Shown here one piece after another: positions 38,777 to 46,124 of a DNA stretch of 64,000 nt; position 1 is the first letter of the stretch; the number at the start of each line of letters is the position of its first letter. The notes beneath the pieces are model-generated. The model saw only the letters and a program-made list of their open reading frames with translations, had not been told where the DNA came from and searched no databases. The DNA lies in contig CAXXTQ010000002.1 in the NCBI GenBank assembly GCA_963665005.2, positions 12,964 to 76,963 of the forward strand. The letters are read 5' to 3'. The stretch comes from Christensenellaceae bacterium (lineage in GTDB: Bacteria; Bacillota; Clostridia; Christensenellales; SZUA-584). The translations under genes were made by a program, and so were the position numbers.

Positions 38777-40182
38777 TAGACGAATTGCTTAGAATTGAAG
38801 ATTTATACGGCTATTATATTGAGAAAACAATACTTGATCATGTTGCTTTTAGTCTTTTTAATGGCGAAATTTTGTGCCTATTTGGATTGAATAATTCCGG
38901 GAAAAGTACTATTATCCGCATCTTTTCGGGCAAAATACACGGCGTCTGGGAAAAAAGAATATATTATAAAGGTAACCCTATAACAATTGATTCTCCAACC
39001 GAATCAAAAAAACTTGGAATTGCATGTATACAATCTAACTCTTCGCTACTGGATACTTTTACGGTATCAGAAAGCCTTTTTATAATGCCTGAAATTTCTC
39101 CAAAACGCACCTTTATCTCATATAAAAAAATTAATAAAAAGACTGCTCAAATCCTAAAAAAATTTGATCTCGATATAAACCCTACCGACATAGTATGCAA
39201 TCTTAGTCAAGCCAACCGCTTCCTTCTTGAAATTGTTAAAAATATAGTAGATGAAAAAGAAATATTCTTTATTGACTGTCTTCATGTATTCAGGCAAAAA
39301 ACTGATTTTGATAAACTTAGAAAAATTATTATTAGCCTTAGAGAAACTGGTAAAACCATTTTATTTACCAGTAATAATTACCACCAAAACCTTTCCTTTG
39401 CTGATCGTATTTATATATTACGTGATGGTATGATCGTAAAGGAAATGACTGCTTCAAATTTTACTCCAAAGCTCTTAAAGAAATATGCAGCTAAACAGTT
39501 TTATATTCCAACATCGAATAGCAAAGTAGAAAAAGATTCATCTATACTGCTAGACATTAAAAACCTCAATGTTAACAAAAAATCTCATGCGCTTTCTTTT
39601 AAAATCTTTAAAGGTGCAATAACTGCTGTTGCATCACAAAATAAAAATTTGCTGCATGAATTAGCTAACTATTTTATTGACCCATATCCACAGAATATTT
39701 TTGTGAAAATTAATGGTATGAACGTTACACACAAGAAATTCTGCAAATGGCTCAAACGCAATTCCAGCACTATATTAAACCTATCTAAAAGCGTTTGTAG
39801 ATTTTATAACATGAGTGTTTTAGAAAACATTACTGTAAGTGCTAAACCTTCTTTCCCATTCCCTAGATTATGGATTAATAAAAAAGTCAAAAGCTTTATA
39901 GCTACTGACAATAAACATCTTATTGATGTTGTAGAACTACTAGATAAACAAGGAGGTGACTTTGTCGTCTACAATGCATTTCTTCTTATAAAACGACTTA
40001 TATACCGTAAGATACAATTTGTCGTATTCTACTGCCCCGAATTTGGACTTGATCCCTTAAGTATTACTTGGATCTACTCAGTAATTGAAGAACTCTGTAA
40101 AAAAGGTATTGGTGTATTGCTACTTACTGAGAATGGTAATGAGGCGTCCCCTTTTTGTTCCCATACTATTTGGATAGGCTAA
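38773..40182 (+). CDS. Degenerate tandem-NBD ABC ATPase homologue (Walker A kept in NBD1, catalytic residues lost), called P2 here
   Basis: 469 aa. GTG start forms a GTGA overlap with the HK2 stop. NBD1 has Walker A GLNNSGKST intact, but the signature is LSQANRF, Walker B is IFFIDCLH (catalytic Glu is Cys) and the H-loop is TSNNY. NBD2 has no Walker A, and the Walker B region is FYCPEFGLD. Confidence 0.85.
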   Translation: MIDELLRIEDLYGYYIEKTILDHVAFSLFNGEILCLFGLNNSGKSTIIRIFSGKIHGVWEKRIYYKGNPITIDSPTESKKLGIACIQSNSSLLDTFTVSESLFIMPEISPKRTFISYKKINKKTAQILKKFDLDINPTDIVCNLSQANRFLLEIVKNIVDEKEIFFIDCLHVFRQKTDFDKLRKIIISLRETGKTILFTSNNYHQNLSFADRIYILRDGMIVKEMTASNFTPKLLKKYAAKQFYIPTSNSKVEKDSSILLDIKNLNVNKKSHALSFKIFKGAITAVASQNKNLLHELANYFIDPYPQNIFVKINGMNVTHKKFCKWLKRNSSTILNLSKSVCRFYNMSVLENITVSAKPSFPFPRLWINKKVKSFIATDNKHLIDVVELLDKQGGDFVVYNAFLLIKRLIYRKIQFVVFYCPEFGLDPLSITWIYSVIEELCKKGIGVLLLTENGNEASPFCSHTIWIG

Positions 40183-40479
40183 TTCTATTGACCAGTTTTC
40201 AGGAAAAAGGTCGCAAAGTTCAAGAATACCCCCTGTCAGTGTCAAATAAATGGCCTATTGCCAAAACCTTTTTTTATGTCTAAAACAGATTAAATAATGC
40301 ATTGTTCTCATCTATTTGTACTGTGGGAAAGCCATCGCTCCTAAAAAATAAACGTCAATAATCAAAAGAAGTAATAAACCGCAAATACGTTATCCTCACA
40401 AATATTTAAAAACTGAAATGTGTCCAAACGTCCTTTTTTTAAAGTTCACAAATAAGCGAAAACTACGTAACCATCGTGG

Positions 40480-41835
40480 GGCGTGTTGACAAAATGGTCA
40501 ATACAAAACGAAAAGCCTGAGAAAAGTCAGGGTTGGAGGTAATAATATTCATCCGTACCAATCAATTTATGGTTCTGTTCCATATGCTCCGTATAGAGAT
40601 CGTTTGATTTTCCTTATCGTAGAAGTAGCTGTAAAACATTTTTCCCTTAGACCGCAACTTCGGCATTTTGGGGCGCTGCTTCTGTACAAAGCATATATGT
40701 GCTCGCCCTTACGTTCATAATAAGAAAAATGAAGGGTATGCCCTCCTGGACAATGGTATACATTTTTTTCTTTATCGTAGATAAATTCTTCTGCAGGTAA
40801 TTCGTTCTTTCGAAAACCAACATGTTTCTGACTTTCGGGAATATAGAGTGTTATACCCATTTCGCCAAAATCGTGATGTGCTTCCACACAATCATATCCA
40901 CGATCCGCAACCATATTTTGAATGGGCAATTATAATCGATCATGCTGAATTTTTATCCTATCTGTACAACATTCATGATCCAAACGATTTCCGATTGTTA
41001 CATGGATATCAGTAATAATCCCGTGCTTTATGTCGGCGCATTGGTGGCAAAGGTAATGAAATCCTCCCGGCTTCCCCCGCCGCCCTAACATTCCACTATC
41101 AGAATCGATCAGGTTTTGCACTTCTTGCCTTTTTCGTAGCTTAGCTCTTGGTTTTGGTTTTAGCCCACGCTTTTTCTTGCAGGAATACTTCTCTGCTTAC
41201 AATGCTTTAATATGCTCGAGGGAATTCCAGGACGGTCACTATAACTCTCTTTTTATCATCTGTATTAGCTTTTACATGGGTTGCATCCATAGCAATTGAT
41301 TTACCTTCTACTAAACCCGCCTCTATGCAAAGACGTACAATATGTACGAATATATCCTCAAAGATGGTTGTATTTTTAAATCGGCGACATCTGTTTTGTG
41401 AAAAGGTCGAATAATCCGGTAATACGGTCTTCCAGATCTAACCCCAGGTACCATCAATATGCAATATTGACCTGTACTTCCTGTTCAAGCCTCTCTCAGA
41501 ATTGATGCCGTACAAATATCCAGCAGAAGCATCTTTACCAGCACTACGGAATTAATTGATGTCCGTCCATATTTGCTATACATGGGACGCACCACATCAT
41601 ACACAAAATTCATGTCAACAGATGCATCCAGCTTCCTTAAAAAATGATCAGCCGGGGCAAGGCTATCCATTGCTATCATCATAAGCCGTTGTTGCTTGTT
41701 TCGTTCTTCGCTCATCATTGAAATCGCCCGCTTTTATTATACATAAATATTCTGTATTTTTCCCTTTTTGCGGCATTTTTTCATTCCTTATACTACAAAA
41801 GTCATCGGCTTATCCGATGACTTTGTCAACACGCC
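40480..41835 (-). mobile_element. IS5/IS1182-superfamily insertion sequence, internally deleted and non-autonomous
   Basis: 13-bp perfect terminal inverted repeats, GGCGTGTTGACAA (40480-40492) and TTGTCAACACGCC (41823-41835). Flanked by the 8-bp direct repeat CATCGTGG (40472-40479 and 41836-41843), which looks like a target-site duplication. Confidence 0.75.
40567..41718 (-). pseudogene. Disrupted IS5/IS1182-type DDE transposase
   Basis: The N-terminal DUF772-like segment (LAPADHFLRKLD...YSKYGRTSI), the middle part and the ADRGYD...CRSCGLREKC segment lie in at least three different frames. The C-terminal catalytic region is missing. Confidence 0.75.
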
Positions 41836-41860
41836 CATCGTGGTTTCCGGGGTTTTCTTG

Positions 41861-41883
41861 TGGCAGCGGAACTAGGATTCGAA
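41861..41883 (-). repeat. Direct repeat 2: copy of the 3-prime 23 nt of tRNA-Gln (att-like)
   Basis: Identical to 26942-26964 and 42137-42159. The preceding T-stem sequence is not conserved, so it is not a tRNA. Confidence 0.85.
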
Positions 41884-42104
41884 GGCGGGAGCCGCCCTTC
41901 ATCTTACGTTCGAGTTGCTTTGCTACCAGTGATATTTTTTTGTGTCTATATGCTTTTATAATCTTTGGCTCTTTTTACTAGGTTCTCACCACGATTCCAC
42001 AGTCAAAACAAAAAGACGATAGTTTTCTTTCGGGGCCCCCGCAAAGCACAGCTTTGTGGGGAAAAGGAGGAGCAAGGGAGCGGACGGATGTTTTTCATGA
42101 AATG

Positions 42105-42132
42105 AAAAACGGAGCAAAGCGTACTTTGCTCC
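42105..42132 (-). terminator. Rho-independent terminator of the tRNA-Val/6S/tRNA-Gln operon
   Basis: 9-bp stem ggagcaaag/ctttgctcc with a 4-nt loop, then GTTTTT on the minus strand, 4 nt after the tRNA-Gln CCA end. Confidence 0.75.
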
Positions 42133-42136
42133 GACG

Positions 42137-42210
42137 TGGCAGCGGAACTAGGATTCGAACCTAGACACTACGAGTCAGAGTCGCAGGTGCTACCGTTACA
42201 CAATTCCGCT
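42137..42210 (-). tRNA. tRNA-Gln (anticodon CTG)
   Basis: Hand-folded cloverleaf: acceptor AGCGGAA/TTCCGCT, anticodon stem TGCGA/TCGTA, loop CTCTGAC, T-arm CTAGG-TTCGAAT-CCTAG, encoded CCA. Confidence 0.9.
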
Positions 42211-42217
42211 TTATAAA

Positions 42218-42392
42218 TATCCCACAGATGCCGTCCGCCAAAGTTTTAACGCCTGCACACTCGCAGGTGGGTGCTCTGCCAAATGCCTCTGCCCTCCCGT
42301 CTAAGCGGGCCCGGTATCAGCAAGCGGACTCCCGAGCTCCCGAAAACATTTTGTAGGTTTAAAACAAGGGCGTTATCGAACACCGCAGGATA
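42218..42392 (-). ncRNA. ssrS: Structured 175-nt RNA, most consistent with 6S RNA
   Basis: GC-rich segment between two tRNAs. The ends pair over about 10 bp (UAUCCUGCGG with CUGUGGGAUA). GGUGUUCG near the 5-prime end and UUAAAACU...GGCGGACGGCAUCUG near the 3-prime end resemble E. coli 6S as I remember it (GAUGUUCG, UUAAAACU, GGCGGCAUCUC). The size fits 6S. Confidence 0.5.
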
Positions 42393-42469
42393 TGGTGGGG
42401 TTAATTGGGCTCGAACCAACGACCTCTACGATGTCAACGTAGCGCTCTGACCAGCTGAGCTATAACCCC
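42393..42469 (-). tRNA. tRNA-Val (anticodon GAC)
   Basis: Hand-folded cloverleaf: acceptor GGGGTTA/TAACCCC, D-arm GCTC..GAGC, anticodon loop TTGACAT, T-arm GTTGG-TTCGAGC-CCAAT, encoded CCA. Confidence 0.9.
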
Positions 42470-42489
42470 TTTAAAAATCCGTACCTCAT

Positions 42490-42517
42490 ATTATACACAA
42501 TCTCGCGATTAAATCAA
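42490..42517 (-). promoter_or_regulatory. Candidate promoter of the tRNA-Val/6S/tRNA-Gln operon
   Basis: Minus strand TTGATT, 16-nt spacer, TATAAT, about 20 nt upstream of tRNA-Val. Confidence 0.35.
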
Positions 42518-42524
42518 TACTTTT

Positions 42525-43196
42525 TCATATATTGGTATTGTTACAATATGGACACACGGCTATACAAATTCCGCAAACAGAGCCTCTGCCTATCATTTTG
42601 AACTTATCTTTCATAAACCTGTTACAAAGCGAAGCGTCTACAATATCATCCCTTGCAATGCCTTTTTTCCACATATTACCGACTATTGCTCCGCACGGGC
42701 AAGCAGCTACACACAAATTACAGTCTCCGCATTTTGGCTCACCGATTGCGTTCCCCTCAAGTTTTAAATTTGTAAGCACTGTCGCGAAGCGCACGCCAGG
42801 CCCGAATTTATCAGTTATAAAAAGCCCGCTTTTCCCCACAAACCCAAGTCCGGCAAGATTCGCAGCAATCTTATGCGAAAAATCTGCTGCAATCCCTGCC
42901 GAATTCGTCGTCTGCGAAGCGGGTATAGCGACAGCTTCATAGCCGTTTCTCTGAAGATATACGACACATTTAAAAGCACACATATCAAGAAACGCGTTTG
43001 CAGTTCTGTAATGGTGGAAGTAATTCTTTGTCGGGCCTTTTTTTACAGCTTTAATTACAGCGCGTGAAAGCACCGCGCCTATAGTCACGGCATACGGCGT
43101 TTTAGAAAAAACCTCCGGCACATACGAAGACACGTCAGACGTGCCGAAAACGTCTATGCCTTCTTGATACATCAAATCTTCAAGCGTCTGCCGCAT
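42525..43196 (-). CDS. 4Fe-4S dicluster protein, epoxyqueuosine-reductase (QueG)/reductive-dehalogenase-like, short form
   Basis: CGDCNLCVAACPCG and CGICIAVCPY ferredoxin motifs follow a roughly 140-aa N-terminal domain. 223 aa. Confidence 0.45.
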   Translation of the reverse strand: MRQTLEDLMYQEGIDVFGTSDVSSYVPEVFSKTPYAVTIGAVLSRAVIKAVKKGPTKNYFHHYRTANAFLDMCAFKCVVYLQRNGYEAVAIPASQTTNSAGIAADFSHKIAANLAGLGFVGKSGLFITDKFGPGVRFATVLTNLKLEGNAIGEPKCGDCNLCVAACPCGAIVGNMWKKGIARDDIVDASLCNRFMKDKFKMIGRGSVCGICIAVCPYCNNTNI

Positions 43197-43320
43197 TAAG
43201 CCTCTCTCCTTTTTTACTACAACATATAGTTTATTTGGTAAATTTAGAATACCATATTTGCTGTACTAAATCAAAAAACGTGATATAATAATATATATAA
43301 ATTATCATGGAGGGCTTGTA

Positions 43321-43839
43321 ATGCAAATAAAGCCGATAGCGCAAAACAAACTGCTCGTTTTATATCTGCTGAACTCTATTGATATACAGCTTTCCGAGAT
43401 GCAAATATTAAGAATCGTAACGGATAACGGCTGGATGAATTATTTCGATTTTAAAGAGTGCATGTTTGAGCTTATTGAAAGCAATCTTGTCAGTCAGGAA
43501 GAAACTTCTAACGGCAGTTTATTTGAAATTACCGAGCTTGGAAGCACGACGCTTTTTCAATTAAAGAATGAAATTTTTAATTCACAGCGAAAAGCCGTAG
43601 ACGAATATTGCGTAGCCAATCGTGATGCTCTGCGCCTCGAAACAGAACTCTTTGCCGATTATGTTAAAATCGATGAAGGCGAATATAAAGTGATGTTAAA
43701 AGTACTCGAGAATCAGGTTTCGGTCTTCGAGCTTAATCTGGTAACCTATTCTAAGCATTCCGCAGAAGATTTTATAAAAAAATGGAAAGACGTTGCTCCG
43801 AAAATATATAAGAACACTTACGATTTTCTGGCCGAATAA
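43321..43839 (+). CDS. DUF4364-like putative winged-helix regulator
   Basis: 172 aa. The N-terminal LLVLYLL...LSEMQILRIV pattern is typical of clostridial DUF4364 proteins. Confidence 0.5.
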   Translation: MQIKPIAQNKLLVLYLLNSIDIQLSEMQILRIVTDNGWMNYFDFKECMFELIESNLVSQEETSNGSLFEITELGSTTLFQLKNEIFNSQRKAVDEYCVANRDALRLETELFADYVKIDEGEYKVMLKVLENQVSVFELNLVTYSKHSAEDFIKKWKDVAPKIYKNTYDFLAE

Positions 43840-43906
43840 TTTTCAGGCTGCGCTTTGCCTTATGCAGTAAATAAAAATCAGCAAAAACAAAAAGGGAGAA
43901 ACACCC

Positions 43907-44845
43907 ATGCAACAAAGTCTGACAGTAATTAAAATAGTCGTTCCCGTATTTTTGGCGTTATTCTTTGGATATTTCAGCAGACAGAAGAAAATCATCTCCA
44001 AAGAAGGTATAGCCGGCATGAGAACGTTCATTGTCAATTTTGCTTTGCCCGTCGCATTATTCAGGGCTGTTGGTTCAATCAGTTATTCATCGGACACTCT
44101 TGTGCTTGTCGTAGTCATTTTTCTGGCGTGTGCCGTTGCTTTTTCGCTCGGTTTTGTTTTGCTGAAACTGTTTCCCAAATCGCCGCGCATGCTGCCCTTT
44201 CTTATAACATGTACAGAATCGGGCATGATAGGTCTTGCTCTTTTTGCACTGCTTTTTGGCATAGAAAATCTTCCGTTTATCGCACAGATCGGGCTTGGCT
44301 GCGATATATTTGTTTTCACAATCTATTCTATAATCTTAAGATCGCGTGACGGAAAAGGCGGCGTATTAAAAGAAGTTATACACAATATGGTTACCTCGCC
44401 TATTTTCATAGGTATTTTTCTTGGCATTATAGCGGGCACAAGCGGCCTTTATGCACTGGTAATGAAAACGGGTGCAGGCATGGTGCTTGGCGGCGTATTT
44501 GAGCTTTTTGCATCGCCTATCACGTTCGTTATGCTTTTCGTTGTTGGTTACAGTATAAAAGTATACAAAAGCACAATCAAACAGGTTTTATTAACGTCAA
44601 TTACACGGATATTGGTAATGGGCGCGCTTTGCGCCGGCGTTATTTTGCTGTTGAACCAGCTTATAACATTGGACAGGCGAACCATGTGGGCGATAATACT
44701 TCTTTTCTCGCTGCCCGGCCCTTATATACTGCCTGTGCTGGCATCAAGAGAAGAGGATCGCAGCTTTGCATCTACTGCGCTTTCATTCCACATGCTTATT
44801 AGCACAGGAATATTTTTTGTCATTGCCACGCTCGCTGCCGGCTGA
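43907..44845 (+). CDS. AEC (auxin efflux carrier) family transporter
   Basis: 312 aa, about 10 TM, with a two-fold TM repeat pattern typical of the membrane transport protein family. Confidence 0.7.
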   Translation: MQQSLTVIKIVVPVFLALFFGYFSRQKKIISKEGIAGMRTFIVNFALPVALFRAVGSISYSSDTLVLVVVIFLACAVAFSLGFVLLKLFPKSPRMLPFLITCTESGMIGLALFALLFGIENLPFIAQIGLGCDIFVFTIYSIILRSRDGKGGVLKEVIHNMVTSPIFIGIFLGIIAGTSGLYALVMKTGAGMVLGGVFELFASPITFVMLFVVGYSIKVYKSTIKQVLLTSITRILVMGALCAGVILLLNQLITLDRRTMWAIILLFSLPGPYILPVLASREEDRSFASTALSFHMLISTGIFFVIATLAAG

Positions 44846-44874
44846 TATCTCTTGCTTTATTTTAAAACAGAGTT

Positions 44875-45810
44875 TTATGCCAATGCATAAAAGGTGTTCA
44901 GCACGAATAATACTGCACACGACACAATAAATAATGCCATGCCCACGTTAGAAAAAACAGTTGCTTTCCATTTTTCTTTGGACAGTACTATTTCGCTCTG
45001 TTTGAATGATATTCGTTTTTTATTGATAAAAAACAGTACAAGGCCGGCTATTACAATACCCAAAACAACGTTTCCGTACAGCAATGTCAAAACTGTGGTT
45101 TCTTTGAGCACCATAGGCGCTATAACAGAACCCATGAAATTAATTATAATATGAAACGCTATCGTATAACGTATCTTGCCCGTTTTTACAAATACATACC
45201 CGAAGGCAAGCCCTAAAGCAAACGCATAAAAAAACTGAGATATATTGCCGTGCACCAAGCCAAATATCAGGCCGGATGTTATAACGGCAACTCGTTCTCC
45301 GTATCTGCTCAGCCTTTCTATCAAAAGCTTGCGGTAAAAAAGTTCTTCTATTACGGGAGCAAGTATAACGACTATTATAAGATTGAACCATATATCCAAG
45401 CCCATTATAGTATCCGCAACTAAATCGGACATATCACTTTGTACTATTGTACTTATTATCGACGATAAAATAGTCGAAGCTATGTTTCCTGCGCTTACAA
45501 GAAAATAGCATATCATAAATATTATAACAAGCTGTCCGGGGTTTAGTTTTTTCTGTTTGATTTTTGAAGCGGGAATTTTATTTAGCGCAAATGCGGCAAT
45601 AGGCATTATTATCACATAGGTCGGTAAAAACGTTAGTACGTAATAACCCCACTTTCCGAAACTTTCAGGGAAAAATGCCGAAAAGAGAGCATCAACAATT
45701 ACGCCGATAATAACAGAAGATATTACTATTCCGAACATTATAAGCCCTATGTGCGAAAATATCTTTTTCTCTGTAAAAAGGTCAGTCTCTGATAACATGC
45801 GTTTCTCCAA
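44875..45810 (-). CDS. CPBP-family intramembrane glutamic endopeptidase (CAAX protease-like)
   Basis: Motifs EELFYRKLL, FGLVHG and HIIINF within a polytopic membrane protein. Confidence 0.8.
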   Translation of the reverse strand: MEKRMLSETDLFTEKKIFSHIGLIMFGIVISSVIIGVIVDALFSAFFPESFGKWGYYVLTFLPTYVIIMPIAAFALNKIPASKIKQKKLNPGQLVIIFMICYFLVSAGNIASTILSSIISTIVQSDMSDLVADTIMGLDIWFNLIIVVILAPVIEELFYRKLLIERLSRYGERVAVITSGLIFGLVHGNISQFFYAFALGLAFGYVFVKTGKIRYTIAFHIIINFMGSVIAPMVLKETTVLTLLYGNVVLGIVIAGLVLFFINKKRISFKQSEIVLSKEKWKATVFSNVGMALFIVSCAVLFVLNTFYALA

Positions 45811-45825
45811 AAAGATAGTATATTT

Positions 45826-46113
45826 TTAGTCTCTGTTAAAATCTACCGATACGGCTTTTTCCATGATGCCGTGCATGAATTCACGCACAGGCTGGTGAAG
45901 CTCGTGTTTGTCATATATCTCATAATCTTCCTTGCTGTCAAAATCGGCTATAAGAGCTATTTCATAAGAACGCTCGCTTTTTTTGTCGTCCAGCCCGACC
46001 TCAATGTTTTTAACCTCGGGCATTGCGGCAAGAGATAAAAGCTTTTGTTTTGCCTCTTCGGCTTTGTTTTTTTCGCACTGTTTTAAGCCAAAGCATACAA
46101 TATGCCTGTACAT
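45826..46113 (-). CDS. Dabb (stress-responsive alpha/beta barrel) domain protein
   Basis: 95 aa with a HIVCFGLK start and a Dabb-like pattern. Confidence 0.65.
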   Translation of the reverse strand: MYRHIVCFGLKQCEKNKAEEAKQKLLSLAAMPEVKNIEVGLDDKKSERSYEIALIADFDSKEDYEIYDKHELHQPVREFMHGIMEKAVSVDFNRD

Positions 46114-46124
46114 ATAATTTCTCC

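Noticed and set aside
41718-41981. 87-aa plus-strand ORF running from the IS end across direct repeat 2.
   Set aside because: It spans an IS terminus, the target duplication and the tRNA-derived repeat. No RBS and no motif, so it is an artefact of non-coding DNA.
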